Made by a program: the position numbers and the translations under genes. Below are positions 45,717-55,630 of a DNA stretch of 64,000 bases, piece by piece (within the stretch, counting starts at the first letter, position 1; each line of letters opens with the position of its first letter). This DNA comes from an uncultured Actinomycetota bacterium (GTDB taxonomy: Bacteria > Actinomycetota > Actinomycetes > Propionibacteriales > Nocardioidaceae): NCBI GenBank assembly GCA_963780355.1, contig CAWABT010000004.1, forward strand, positions 17,724 through 81,723, given 5' to 3'. Below the pieces are notes generated by a model that was not told where the DNA came from, ran no database searches, and saw only the letters and a list, made by a program, of their open reading frames with translations.

Positions 45717-46904
45717 ATGCTGCGCTGGTTGACCGCGGGGGAGTCCCACGGTCCGTCCCTGACCGCGATCCTGGAGGGCCTGCCCGCCCACGTCGCGCTC
45801 ACCACCGACGACCTCGCCGACGCGCTGGCCCGGCGGCGGCTCGGCTACGGCCGCGGCGCGCGGATGAAGTTCGAGCAGGACGCCGTGACGATCACCGGCG
45901 GCGTGCGACACGGCCGCACCCAGGGCGGGCCGGTGGCGATCACGATCGGCAACACCGAGTGGCCGAAGTGGGAGACCGTGATGGCGGCCGACCCGGTCGA
46001 CGCCGACGTGCTCGAGGGGCAGGCCCGCAATGCCGCCCTCACCCGCCCCCGGCCCGGCCACGCCGACCTCGCCGGCATGCAGAAGTACGACTTCGACGAG
46101 GCCCGCCCGGTGCTGGAGCGCGCCTCCGCCCGCGAGACCGCGGCCCGCGTGGCGCTCGGCCGGGTCGCCACCAACTTCCTCGACCAGGCGGTCGGCGCGG
46201 TCGTGTACTCGCACGTGATCGAGCTCGGCGGCGTGCGCGCCCCGGCCGGCGTCTGGCCGCAGCCCGACGACGACGGCGTGCTCGAGCGGCTCGACGCCGA
46301 CCCGGTGCGCTGCCTCGACCCGGACGCCTCGGCGGCGATGGTCGCGCGCGTCGACCAGGCGCACGCCGACGGCGACACCCTCGGCGGCGTCGTCGAGGTG
46401 GTGGTGCACGGACTGCCGCCGGGCCTCGGCTCGCACGTGCACTGGGACCGCCGGCTCGACTCCCGGCTCGCCGGCGCGCTCATGGGCATCCAGGCGATCA
46501 AGGGCGTCGAGGTGGGCGACGGCTTCGAGCTCGCCGCCACCCCGGGCTCGCAGGCCCACGACGAGATCGTGCCGACCGCCGACGGCATCCGCCGCACCTC
46601 CGGCCGCTCCGGCGGCACCGAGGGCGGCATGAGCACCGGCGAGGTGCTGCGGGTGCGGGCCGCGATGAAGCCGATCGCCACCGTGCCGCGGGCGCTGCGC
46701 ACCGTCGACGTCAGCACCGGCGAGGAGGCGGTGGCCCACCACCAGCGCTCCGACGTCTGCGCCGTGCCGGCCGCCGGCATCGTGGCCGAGGCGATGGTGG
46801 CGCTGGTGCTGGCCGACGCCGTGCTCGAGAAGTTCGGCGGCGACTCGCTCGGCGAGACCCGCCGCAACGCCGAGTCGTACCTCGCGGCGCTGAGGTACCG
46901 GTGA
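45717..46904 (+). CDS. aroC: Chorismate synthase
   Basis: [49 protein letters not shown]. Confidence 0.98.
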   Translation: MLRWLTAGESHGPSLTAILEGLPAHVALTTDDLADALARRRLGYGRGARMKFEQDAVTITGGVRHGRTQGGPVAITIGNTEWPKWETVMAADPVDADVLEGQARNAALTRPRPGHADLAGMQKYDFDEARPVLERASARETAARVALGRVATNFLDQAVGAVVYSHVIELGGVRAPAGVWPQPDDDGVLERLDADPVRCLDPDASAAMVARVDQAHADGDTLGGVVEVVVHGLPPGLGSHVHWDRRLDSRLAGALMGIQAIKGVEVGDGFELAATPGSQAHDEIVPTADGIRRTSGRSGGTEGGMSTGEVLRVRAAMKPIATVPRALRTVDVSTGEEAVAHHQRSDVCAVPAAGIVAEAMVALVLADAVLEKFGGDSLGETRRNAESYLAALRYR

Positions 46905-47407
46905 GTCCGCGCGTGGTGCTGGTCGGCCCGATGGGCGCCGGCAAGACCACGGTCGCGGCGATCCTGGCCGAGCGGTTCGGCGTCGCCGCGCGCGACACCG
47001 ACGCCGACGTCGAGGCCGCCGAGGGCCGCACGGTGTCCGACATCTTCGTCGACTCCGGCGAGGCGCACTTCCGCGCGCTGGAGCGGGCCGCGGTGGCCGA
47101 GGCGCTGGCCTCGCACGACGGCGTGCTCGCGCTCGGTGGGGGAGCCGTGCTCGACGAGCAGACCCGCGCCGCGCTCGCCGGCCACCCCGTGGTGTTCCTG
47201 CGGGTCGGGCTGTCGGAGGCGGTGAAGCGGGTCGGACTCGGCGTCGGGCGGCCGCTGCTGCTCGGCAACGTGCGCTCGCGCATCAAGGCGCTGCTCGACG
47301 AGCGGACCCCGATCTACGAGTCGGTGGCCACCGTCGTCGTCGACACCGACGAGGCCAGCCCCGACGACGTCGCCGACCGGATCCAGGAGGCGTCGTCTGA
47401 TCCATGG
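46901..47407 (+). CDS. aroK: Shikimate kinase; stop codon lost through a probable missing A at 47406/47407
   Basis: [29 protein letters not shown]; inserting one A (CCA TGA) gives a stop overlapping the aroB ATG. Confidence 0.9.
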
Positions 47408-48498
47408 TCCTCAGACCGTGCTGCACGTCGAACGGTGCCGACCCGTACGACGTGGTGGTCGGCCACCACCTCTCCGACCGGCTGCCGGCGATGGTGGGCG
47501 ACGCGCACCGGGTGGCGATCATCGCGCCCGACCCGCTCGAGCACCTCGTCGACGAGATCGTGCCGCCATTGGCCGAGCGCGACCTGACCGTGCTGATGGT
47601 CCCGGACGGCGAGGAGGCCAAGACCGCGGAGGTCGCCAACTCCTGCTGGGAGGCGCTGGGCGAGGAGGGGTTCACCCGCTCCGACGTCGTGGTCACGCTC
47701 GGCGGCGGCGCCACCACCGACCTGGGCGGCTTCGTGGCGGCCTCCTGGCTGCGCGGGGTGCGGGTGGTGCATGTGCCCACCACACTGCTCGCGATGGTCG
47801 ACGCCGCGGTGGGCGGCAAGACGGGCATCAACACCGAGGCCGGCAAGAACCTGGTCGGCGCGTTCCACGAGCCGTCCGGTGTGCTCTGCGACCTCGGACT
47901 GCTCGAGTCCCTGCCGCGAGCCGAGCTGGTCTCCGGGCTGGCCGAGGTCGTGAAGTGCGGCTTCATCGCCGACCCCGAGATCCTCCGGATCGTCGAGGAG
48001 ACCGACCCCGACGCGCTCGTGCCGTCGTCCGCCGAGCTGCGCGAGCTGGTCGAGCGGGCGATCCAGGTGAAGATCGACGTCGTGGTGGCCGACCTCAAGG
48101 AGACCGGCGGCAGCGGGGGACACCCGGGCCGGGAGGCGCTCAACTACGGGCACACGCTCGCGCACGCGATCGAGCGGGCCGAGGGCTACACGATCCGGCA
48201 CGGCGAGGCGGTGGCGATCGGCTGCGTGTACGTCGCCGAGCTCGCCCACCGTGCGGCGGCGCTGTCGAGCGACCTCGTCGAGCGGCACCGGACGGCGTTC
48301 GGCCGGGTCGGGTTGCCCACCACCTACGACGCGGCCCCGTTCGACCACCTGCTCGCCACCATGCGGGTCGACAAGAAGGCCCGCGGCGACCGGCTCCGGT
48401 TCGTCGTGCTCGACGACGTCGCCCGGCCCACGATCCTCACCGGGCCGTCCGAGGGCGACCTGCGCGATGCCTACCTTGCGATCGGAGGCCGCGGATGA
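47404..48498 (+). CDS. aroB: 3-dehydroquinate synthase; compensating -1/+1 indels in the first ~10 codons
   Basis: GGGATTDLGGF, PTTLLAMVDAAVGGKTG, GKNLVGAF, LNYGHT, HGEAV; corrected N-terminus MSPQTVLHVDGADPYDV. Confidence 0.95.
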   Translation: MVLRPCCTSNGADPYDVVVGHHLSDRLPAMVGDAHRVAIIAPDPLEHLVDEIVPPLAERDLTVLMVPDGEEAKTAEVANSCWEALGEEGFTRSDVVVTLGGGATTDLGGFVAASWLRGVRVVHVPTTLLAMVDAAVGGKTGINTEAGKNLVGAFHEPSGVLCDLGLLESLPRAELVSGLAEVVKCGFIADPEILRIVEETDPDALVPSSAELRELVERAIQVKIDVVVADLKETGGSGGHPGREALNYGHTLAHAIERAEGYTIRHGEAVAIGCVYVAELAHRAAALSSDLVERHRTAFGRVGLPTTYDAAPFDHLLATMRVDKKARGDRLRFVVLDDVARPTILTGPSEGDLRDAYLAIGGRG

Positions 48499-48959
48499 CC
48501 CGCGTGCTCGTGCTGAACGGCCCGAACCTCGGCCGGCTCGGCCGCCGGCAGCCCGAGATCTACGGCACCACCACCCACGCCGAGCTCGCCCACCTGTGCG
48601 TCGAGTGGGGCACCGCGCTCGGGCTCGAGGTCGAGGTGCGGCAGACCAACCACGAGGGCGAGCTGCTCGACTGGCTCAACGACGCCGCCGACGACGGCAT
48701 GCCCGTCGTCCTCAACGCCGCCGCCTGGACCCACTACTCCTACGCGCTCTTCGATGCCTGTGCGCAGCTCACCGGCCCGCTGGTGGAGGTGCACATCTCG
48801 GACCCGTCGCAGCGGCCCGAGGAGTTCCGGCACTCCTCGGTGGTCTCCGAGCACGCCGTCCGCGTCGTCGCCGGGCAGGGGATCGAGGGCTACCGCATCG
48901 CCCTCGCGACGATCGCCGAGGGCGTCGCTGGTGCCGGTCAGGCCGAGCCGCTCCCGTAG
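48495..48959 (+). CDS. aroQ: Type II 3-dehydroquinate dehydratase
   Basis: LNGPNLGRLGRRQPEIYG, QTNHEG, NAAAWTH, EVHIS. Confidence 0.96.
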   Translation: MTRVLVLNGPNLGRLGRRQPEIYGTTTHAELAHLCVEWGTALGLEVEVRQTNHEGELLDWLNDAADDGMPVVLNAAAWTHYSYALFDACAQLTGPLVEVHISDPSQRPEEFRHSSVVSEHAVRVVAGQGIEGYRIALATIAEGVAGAGQAEPLP

Positions 48960-49324
48960 GGGCGGGTGATGATCTCCAGCCAGTGGCCGTCCGGGCCCTC
49001 CCAGTAGAGGCCGCGGCCGCCGTCCTCGTGGTTGATCTCGCCGGGCTGCCGCCGGTGCGGGTCGGCCCACCACGGCCGGCCGCCGTCGCGCAGCCGGCCC
49101 CAGATCGCGTCGAAGTCGTCCTCGCCGACGAGGAACGCGTAGTGCTGGGCCTTGATCTCACCGGTGTCCTCGATGAAGTCGAGGGTGGTGCCGTTGTCGA
49201 ACTGGAGCACGGCGAACGGCCCGTACGGCGCGGGCTCGGCCAGCCCGAGCACGGTGCCGACCTCGCGGGCCGCAGCCCAGATGTCCCGGGCGTGCACGAG
49301 GGTGTGGTTGAACTCGATGCTCAT
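48938..49324 (-). CDS. VOC (glyoxalase/bleomycin resistance) family protein
   Basis: [33 protein letters not shown]; 22-nt convergent overlap with aroQ. Confidence 0.9.
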   Translation of the reverse strand: MSIEFNHTLVHARDIWAAAREVGTVLGLAEPAPYGPFAVLQFDNGTTLDFIEDTGEIKAQHYAFLVGEDDFDAIWGRLRDGGRPWWADPHRRQPGEINHEDGGRGLYWEGPDGHWLEIITRPYGSGSA

Positions 49325-49374
49325 GGGTCCCCATGCTCGCACCTCGGCGTGCGCTCACGTCGCGCTTGACCTTG

Positions 49375-49570
49375 CGTGGTTTCGACGCGCCGTCGCGAGT
49401 TCGTTCCTCACTCGCGGGCTTGCTCAACCCTCCGGCGCCCACGCCGCCCCCTCCTCCGTCGGGATCGGCTGCCGTGGTTTCGACGCGCCGTCGCGAGTTC
49501 GTTCCTCACTCGCGGGCTTGCTCAACCCTCCGGCGCCCACGCCGCCCCCTCCTCCGTCGGGATCGGCTGC
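49375..49570. repeat. Perfect 98-bp tandem duplication containing a REP-like unit
   Basis: 49375-49472 is identical to 49473-49570 by manual comparison. Confidence 0.9.
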
Positions 49571-49592
49571 GCCTCCGCCTAGGATCCCGCCC

Positions 49593-50156
49593 ATGGCCAC
49601 CACCAACGACCTGAAGAACGGCATGGTGCTCGTGCTCGACCGCCAGCTCTGGTCCGTCACCGAGTTCCAGCACGTCAAGCCGGGCAAGGGTCCTGCCTTC
49701 GTGCGCACCAAGCTCAAGAACGTCGAGTCCGGCAAGACGGTCGACAAGACCTTCAACGCGGGCACCAAGGTCGAGACCGCCACGGTCGACCGCCGCACGA
49801 TGCAGTACCTCTACAACGACGGCACGTCGTACGTGTTCATGGACGTCTCCACCTACGACCAGGTCGAGATCCCGCCCGAGGTCGTCGGGAACGCCAGCAA
49901 CTTCCTGCTCGAGAACCAGGAGGCCGTGGTGGCCTCGAACGACGGCCGGGTGCTGTTCATCGAGATGCCCGCGTCGGTGGAGCTCGAGATCACCTTCACC
50001 GAGCCCGGCGTCGCCGGCGACTCGGCCACCGGCCGCACCAAGCCCGCCACCCTCGAGACCGGCCACGAGATCCAGGTCCCGCTGTTCGTCACCCAGGGCG
50101 AGAAGGTCAAGGTCGACACCCGCGACTCCTCCTACCTGGGTCGCGTCAAGTCGTGA
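49593..50156 (+). CDS. efp: Elongation factor P
   Basis: [38 protein letters not shown]; TAGGAT -10 seven nt upstream. Confidence 0.98.
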   Translation: MATTNDLKNGMVLVLDRQLWSVTEFQHVKPGKGPAFVRTKLKNVESGKTVDKTFNAGTKVETATVDRRTMQYLYNDGTSYVFMDVSTYDQVEIPPEVVGNASNFLLENQEAVVASNDGRVLFIEMPASVELEITFTEPGVAGDSATGRTKPATLETGHEIQVPLFVTQGEKVKVDTRDSSYLGRVKS

Positions 50157-50166
50157 CGGGGCTCTG

Positions 50167-50583
50167 ATGGCGGCTCGCTCCAAGGCGCGCCGGCGGGCGC
50201 TCGACCTGCTCTACGCCGCCGACCTGCGCGACGAGCCGGCCACCGACACCCTCGAGCGCGCCGTCGGCGAGGGCACCGGCCCGGCCAACCCGTACACCGA
50301 GACCCTGGTGCGCGGCGTCGTCGAGCAGCTGGAGCGCATCGACCGGATCCTCGGCGCGTACTCCGAGGGCTGGACCCTCGACCGGATGCCCGCCGTCGAC
50401 CGGAACGTGCTGCGGCTCGCCGTCTGGGAGCTGATCTGGGCCGACGACGTGCCCGACACCGTCGCCATCACCGAGGCGATGGCGCTCGTACGTGACCTCT
50501 CCACCGACGACTCGCCCCCGTTCGTCAACGGCCTGCTCGCCACCGTCGCCCGCCACCGCGCCACCGACGACCTCCCTGGGTGA
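50167..50583 (+). CDS. nusB: Transcription antitermination factor
   Basis: ARSKARRRALDLLY, WTLDRMPAVDRNVLR, FVNGLL. Confidence 0.97.
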   Translation: MAARSKARRRALDLLYAADLRDEPATDTLERAVGEGTGPANPYTETLVRGVVEQLERIDRILGAYSEGWTLDRMPAVDRNVLRLAVWELIWADDVPDTVAITEAMALVRDLSTDDSPPFVNGLLATVARHRATDDLPG

Positions 50584-50719
50584 CGCTGGGGGTGCATGAA
50601 TCCCCGGTTACCCGGGGATTCATGCTCTTCTCGGCCGAAATTTCGGCTGAGAAGTACCGGAGTCCCCGGGTAACCGGGGATTCCGACGGCGTCCCCGGCG
50701 CGACGACCTCCCTGGGTGA
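50565..50719. mobile_element. 117-bp cloverleaf palindromic insert flanked by a 19-bp direct repeat of the nusB 3' end
   Basis: CGACGACCTCCCTGGGTGA at 50565-50583 and 50701-50719; three internal palindromes. Confidence 0.75.
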
Positions 50720-50754
50720 ACCCACCCGGTTGACGCCGGGTCCATGCTGACCGG

Positions 50755-52137
50755 ATGGCGGAGGGAACCGAGGAGACCGACCTGGTCGTGATCGGGCTCG
50801 GGCCCGGCGGGGAGGCGCTGGCCACCGGGGCGGCGCAGGCGGGGCTCAGTGTCGTCGCGGTCGACAAGCACCTGGTCGGCGGCGAGTGCCCCTACTACGG
50901 CTGCGTGCCCACCAAGACCATGGTGCGCGGCGCCGAGGTGCTGGGGGAGGCCCGCCGCGTCGCGGGCACGGCCGGCGAGGCGGTGGTGACGCCGTCGTGG
51001 ACGCCGGTGGCGACCAAGATCGCCGAGCAGGTGACGACGCACTGGGACGACACGATCGCCGTCGAGCGGCTCCAGAAGGCCGGCGCCACGGTGCTGCACG
51101 GCCACGGCCGGCTCACCGGCGTCGGTGAGGTCGAGGTGACGCTGCCCGACGGCTCCACCCGCGCGTTCAAGGCCGCCACCGGGATCGCGCTCGACCCCGG
51201 CACCCGGCCCGCCACCCCGCCGATCGAGGGTCTCGACGGCACGCCGTACTGGACCAACCGCGAGGTCGTGAAGACCGACGCCGTGCCCGGGTCGCTGGTG
51301 GTGCTCGGCGGCGGGCCGATCGGGTGCGAGCTGGCGCAGGTGTTCGCGCGGTTCGGGTCGCGGGTCACGATCGTGCAGCACGGCGACCGGCTGCTCCCCA
51401 ACGACGAGCCCGAGGCGGCCGAGCTGCTGGCCTCGGTGCTCGCCGAGGAGGGGGTGCGGGTGCTCACCGGCGTCGAGGCCACCCGCGTCGAGCACGCCGA
51501 CGGCACCTTCACGGTGCACCTCGACACCGACGACACCCTCACCGCCGACCGGCTGCTCGTCGCCGCCGGCCGCCGTCCGAACCACGACGACATCGGGCTC
51601 GACGCCGTCGGGCTCGACCCCACCGCGCGGCACGTCGACGTCGACGAGCGGATGCGGGCGGGGGAGAAGCTGTGGGTGATCGGCGACGTCGCCGGGCACG
51701 GGGCGTTCACGCACCTGTCGATGTACCAGTCCGCCGTCGCGCTGCGCGACCTCCTCGGCCAGGACGGGCCGCCGGCGTCGTACCACGCCGTCCCACACGT
51801 CACCTTCACCGATCCCGAGGTCGGCGGCGTCGGGCTCACCGAGCAGCAGGCCCGCCACGCCGGCCTGAGCGTGCGGGTCGGCAGCACGCCGCTGGAGTAC
51901 TCGACGCGGGGCTTCACCCACGGCGCCGGCGCCCGCGGACTGGTGAAGGTCGTCGAGGACGCGGACCGCGGGGTGCTCGTGGGGGCGAGCGTCGTCGGGC
52001 CGTACGGCGGCGAGATCCTCGGGCTGCTCGCGCTCGCCGTGCACGCCGAGGTCCCGACCGAGACCCTCCGCACGATGATCTACGCCTATCCCACCTTCCA
52101 CCGGGCGATCGAGTCCGCGATCGGAGACCTCGCATGA
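50755..52137 (+). CDS. Class I pyridine nucleotide-disulfide oxidoreductase (LpdA/MerA-like superfamily)
   Basis: IGLGPGG, GGECPYYGCVPTK redox motif, GGGPIGCE, IGDVAG; C-terminal YAYPT. Confidence 0.9.
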   Translation: MAEGTEETDLVVIGLGPGGEALATGAAQAGLSVVAVDKHLVGGECPYYGCVPTKTMVRGAEVLGEARRVAGTAGEAVVTPSWTPVATKIAEQVTTHWDDTIAVERLQKAGATVLHGHGRLTGVGEVEVTLPDGSTRAFKAATGIALDPGTRPATPPIEGLDGTPYWTNREVVKTDAVPGSLVVLGGGPIGCELAQVFARFGSRVTIVQHGDRLLPNDEPEAAELLASVLAEEGVRVLTGVEATRVEHADGTFTVHLDTDDTLTADRLLVAAGRRPNHDDIGLDAVGLDPTARHVDVDERMRAGEKLWVIGDVAGHGAFTHLSMYQSAVALRDLLGQDGPPASYHAVPHVTFTDPEVGGVGLTEQQARHAGLSVRVGSTPLEYSTRGFTHGAGARGLVKVVEDADRGVLVGASVVGPYGGEILGLLALAVHAEVPTETLRTMIYAYPTFHRAIESAIGDLA

Positions 52138-52973
52138 CGTCGACGCCCTCCAAGCCGAGCATGCCGAGCATGCCGAGTGTCAGACAGGCCCACCAGAGCG
52201 ACTGGGTCGACCGGCTCGCCGGCTTCGGGCTGGTCTCGTTCGGCGTGGTCCACCTGATCCTCGGCTGGCTCTGCGTGCAGCTGGCGCTCGGTGACCGCGC
52301 GGGCTCGCCCTCCACCACCGGCGCCGTCCAGGAGCTCGCCGAGAAGCCGTTCGGTCAGTTCCTCGTGTGGACGGTGGCCGTCGGGCTGGTGGTGCTCGCG
52401 GCCTGGCAGGCGCTGGAGGCGGCGATCGGCCACCGCGACGAGGAGGACGGCAAGCGGCTGCGCAAGCGTGCCCTCTCCGCCGGCCGGGCGGTGGTGTACG
52501 GCGCCATCGCCGCCGGAGCCATCTCCGTGGCCACCGGCAGCTCGAGCGGCGGTGGGGGCGGCGGCAGCGACACGTACACCGCGAAGCTGATGTCGGCCCC
52601 GGGCGGCCAGGTGCTGGTCGGTCTCGTGGCGTTGGGGATCATCGCTGTCGGGATCGGGCTGATCGTCGTCGCCGTGCGGGAGAAGTACCTGAAGTCGCTC
52701 AAGGGCAAGGCGACCAGCGGCACCACCGGCACCGTGGTCCGCTGGCTCGGGCGCGTCGGGCACGTCGCCAAGGGCATCGCCCTCGGCGTCGTCGGCGGGC
52801 TGTTCCTCTACGCGGCGGTCACCCACGAGCCCGACAAGTCCGGCGGCCTCGACCAGGCGCTGCGCACCGTGCTCGACCAGCCGTTCGGCCCCTTCCTGCT
52901 CGGCGCGATGGGGCTCGGCTTCGCCTCGTACGGCGTGTTCTGCCTCGTGAAGGCGCGCTACCTGGACCGGTGA
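52134..52973 (+). CDS. DUF1206 family membrane protein
   Basis: RLAGFGLVSFGVVHL, GAVQELAEKPFG, GGLDQALRTVLDQPFGP. Confidence 0.85.
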   Translation: MTSTPSKPSMPSMPSVRQAHQSDWVDRLAGFGLVSFGVVHLILGWLCVQLALGDRAGSPSTTGAVQELAEKPFGQFLVWTVAVGLVVLAAWQALEAAIGHRDEEDGKRLRKRALSAGRAVVYGAIAAGAISVATGSSSGGGGGGSDTYTAKLMSAPGGQVLVGLVALGIIAVGIGLIVVAVREKYLKSLKGKATSGTTGTVVRWLGRVGHVAKGIALGVVGGLFLYAAVTHEPDKSGGLDQALRTVLDQPFGPFLLGAMGLGFASYGVFCLVKARYLDR

Positions 52974-53115
52974 GGCGGTCCAGACCATGTGTGGGGTGAC
53001 CTCGGACTGGGCAGAGGAGCCGCATGCGTCACTCCCCCCACGGCCGTCCCAGGTCGTCCAGGTTCTCGGGACCGCGTAGGGTCGGCCGAGTCACTCGCAC
53101 GCTCGGAGGTGCCGC

Positions 53116-54546
53116 GTGAACCAGCCAGACCACCAGACGGACCACTCGGCGCCGCCCCGGACCGACCACCTGGCCGACCCGCTCTCGGACCCGCTGCCGG
53201 ACCCGCTCTCCGACGAGATCCCCGAGCCGGTCGACCTGTTCGCCGAGGAGCCCACGGTGGAGGTGCCGACGGCGCCGCCGGTGGAGCCGATCTGGGAGGA
53301 GCAGGGCGTGCCGGACGCCGACCACACCCGCATCTCGGCCGCCCGCGCAGTGCCCGACAAGCCCGCGCCGTGGGGCGAGGCGCCCCCGGTGGGGCACCCG
53401 GCCCCGCCTGCGAGCCCGCCGCCGTTCGCCCCACCGCCGTCGGCCCAGCCGGCGGCCCCGCCGCCCAGCGCGCCGCCGCCGCCCCCGAGCAGCCCGCCCC
53501 CCGCGGCTCCGCCGCCGCAGATCACGCCGGCCGGCCCGCCGCCGGCCGCGCCGCCTGTCGCACCGCCGGTCGCGCCGCCCGCCGATGCGCCGGTGGCCGA
53601 GCCCCGCCGCTTCATGACGGCCACCGACTTCCTCGACCGCCGCGACGAGGAGCAGGAGGTCGGGCCGGCCACCTGGGGCTGGCGCGGTCGGATGCGCCGC
53701 TGGTCGGGCGGCGCCATCAAGCCCAAGATGGGCCGCAAGGAGGAGGCGTACCAGCGCGACCGCCGGATGATCCAGAAGGACTTCGACGGCCCGCGCACCA
53801 TCGTCTTCGTCAACCCGAAGGGCGGCGCGGCCAAGACCACCGGCGTGCTCGCCGCGGGCTACACCTTCGGCACCGTCCGCGGTGGCGGCGTCGTCGCGTG
53901 GGACAACAACGAGACCCGCGGCACCCTCGGCATCCGCGGCACCCGCAGCGCGCACCGCAACACCACCCGCGAGCTGCTCGAGGACCTCGAGCGGTTCAAG
54001 GACGTCTACCAGTCCCGGATCGGCGACCTCGGCGCGTTCGTCCGCAACCAGGGCGACGCCCACTTCGACGTGCTGGCCTCCGACGAGCGGCCCGACGTCA
54101 CCGGCACCATCAAGGCCGACGACTTCAACGAGGTGCACGACCTGCTGGAGCGCTTCTACCGCGTGATCCTCGTCGACTCCGGCAACAACATGCGCGCCGA
54201 GAACTGGCTCGCCGCCGTCGACGCCGCCGACCTGCTGGTGGTCACCAGCACGGTCCGCGAGGACACCGGCTACTCCGGGCTGTGGATGCTCGACGCCCTC
54301 CAGGACGCCGGCATGCACGACCTGCGCTACAAGACGGTCACCGTGCTCTCCGACCCCTCCACCAAGGTCGACGAGAAGCTCGCCTCCGACCTGGTCTCGG
54401 TCTACCAGCAGCGGACCCGCTCGGTGTTCCGCGTGCCGTACGACCCGGCCCTCGTCGCCGGCTCCGTCGTCCCCTACGAGCAGCTCTCCGACGAGACCCG
54501 GATGTCGTGGCTCCGCGCCTGCGCGGGCATGGCCGACGCCCTCTGA
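53116..54546 (+). CDS. MinD/ParA-like ATPase with long Pro-rich N-terminus (EspI-like architecture)
   Basis: NPKGGAAKTT, WDNNETRGTLG, ILVDSGNN, VPYDPAL; GGAGG RBS. Confidence 0.82.
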   Translation: MNQPDHQTDHSAPPRTDHLADPLSDPLPDPLSDEIPEPVDLFAEEPTVEVPTAPPVEPIWEEQGVPDADHTRISAARAVPDKPAPWGEAPPVGHPAPPASPPPFAPPPSAQPAAPPPSAPPPPPSSPPPAAPPPQITPAGPPPAAPPVAPPVAPPADAPVAEPRRFMTATDFLDRRDEEQEVGPATWGWRGRMRRWSGGAIKPKMGRKEEAYQRDRRMIQKDFDGPRTIVFVNPKGGAAKTTGVLAAGYTFGTVRGGGVVAWDNNETRGTLGIRGTRSAHRNTTRELLEDLERFKDVYQSRIGDLGAFVRNQGDAHFDVLASDERPDVTGTIKADDFNEVHDLLERFYRVILVDSGNNMRAENWLAAVDAADLLVVTSTVREDTGYSGLWMLDALQDAGMHDLRYKTVTVLSDPSTKVDEKLASDLVSVYQQRTRSVFRVPYDPALVAGSVVPYEQLSDETRMSWLRACAGMADAL

Positions 54547-54579
54547 CGACGCTGACCCGTCCGGCGTAGCGTCGGGGGC

Positions 54580-55581
54580 ATGCGCGCGGTCGTCTACAGC
54601 GAGCCCGGTCCGTCGTCGGTGCTGCGGGTCGAGGAGCTCCCCGACCCCACGCCCGGAGCGGGCGAGGTGGTGGTGCGGCTGGAGCGGGCCGGGGTGAACC
54701 CGACCGACTGGAAGTTCCGCTCGCAGACGATGCGCGGGTTCGGCGAGGTGGTGCCCGGGCAGGACGGCGCCGGGACGGTCGAGGCCGTCGGCGAGGGCGT
54801 CGGGAGCGTGGCGCCCGGCGACCGGGTCTGGCTCACCGTCGCCCAGCACGAGCGGCCCCACGGCACCGCGGCCGAGCTGACGGTGCAGTCCGAGGCGCGG
54901 GTGGCACGCCTGCCGGACGACGCCGACGCGGACCTCGGTGCGTCGCTCGGCGTCCCGGCGGTCACCGCCCACCGCGCGCTCACGGCGGGCGACGTCACCC
55001 GGCTCGGCCCGGGCGCGCTCGACGGCGCCACCGTGCTGGTGGCCGGAGGAGCCGGCGCGGTCGGCAACGCTGCCATCCAGCTCGCTCGCTGGGCCGGCGC
55101 CACCGTGGTGAGCACGGTGAGCAGCGAGGAGAAGGCCGCGCTGGCCCGGGCAGCGGGCGCCCACCACGTCGTGAACTACCGCACCGACGACGTCGTGACG
55201 TCGGTCCGCGACGTCGCCCCCGACGGCGTCGACCAGGTGGTCGAGGTGTCGCTGGTCGACAACGTGGCCGCCGACGTCGAGCTGCTCCGCACCCACGGCA
55301 CGCTCGCCTACTACGCCGACGCCGGCGGCGCCGAGGCAGCGCTGCCCGTGCGCGCCAGCTTCGCCAAGAACCTGCGGCTCCAGGGGTTGATCCTCTACAC
55401 GCTCGCGCCCGGCCTGATGGCGGCCGCCCAGGAGGACGTCACCGCCGCCGTCGCCGCCGGTGCGCTGCGGGTGGGCGAGGACGCCGGGCTCGCGCTGCAC
55501 CACTACCCCCTCGCCGAGGCCGCGGCTGCGCACGACGCGGTGGAGCAGGGCACGGTCGGCAAGGTCCTGCTTACGTTCTGA
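54580..55581 (+). CDS. NADPH:quinone reductase (MDR family)
   Basis: GVNPTDWK, PGQDGAG, GGAGAVGNAAIQLA, GKVLL. Confidence 0.9.
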   Translation: MRAVVYSEPGPSSVLRVEELPDPTPGAGEVVVRLERAGVNPTDWKFRSQTMRGFGEVVPGQDGAGTVEAVGEGVGSVAPGDRVWLTVAQHERPHGTAAELTVQSEARVARLPDDADADLGASLGVPAVTAHRALTAGDVTRLGPGALDGATVLVAGGAGAVGNAAIQLARWAGATVVSTVSSEEKAALARAAGAHHVVNYRTDDVVTSVRDVAPDGVDQVVEVSLVDNVAADVELLRTHGTLAYYADAGGAEAALPVRASFAKNLRLQGLILYTLAPGLMAAAQEDVTAAVAAGALRVGEDAGLALHHYPLAEAAAAHDAVEQGTVGKVLLTF

Positions 55582-55596
55582 GACTCGCTCCGATCT

Positions 55597-55611
55597 TGAC
55601 AGTCACTGTCA
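55597..55611. promoter_or_regulatory. TetR-type operator overlapping a TTGACA -35
   Basis: TGACAG-TCA-CTGTCA perfect palindrome, followed by a half-site-like TGACTGTC before the GTG at 55631. Confidence 0.65.
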
Positions 55612-55630
55612 GTTTGGACTGACTGTCGGA

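Noticed and set aside
47404-47587. C-terminally extended AroK overlapping aroB
   Set aside because: One missing A restores CCA TGA and the ATGA overlap
48938-48959. 22-nt convergent overlap of aroQ and the VOC gene as antisense regulation
   Set aside because: Short tail overlaps are common in GC-rich genomes; no further evidence
49375-49570. CRISPR array
   Set aside because: Two identical 98-bp units with no spacers and no cas genes
50755-52137. Mercuric reductase (merA)
   Set aside because: No C-terminal Cys-Cys, no NmerA domain and no mer genes nearby
52151-52180. 9-bp CCGAGCATG repeats at the start of the DUF1206 gene as a phase-variation tract
   Set aside because: In-frame, only 2-3 copies, in a low-complexity N-terminus
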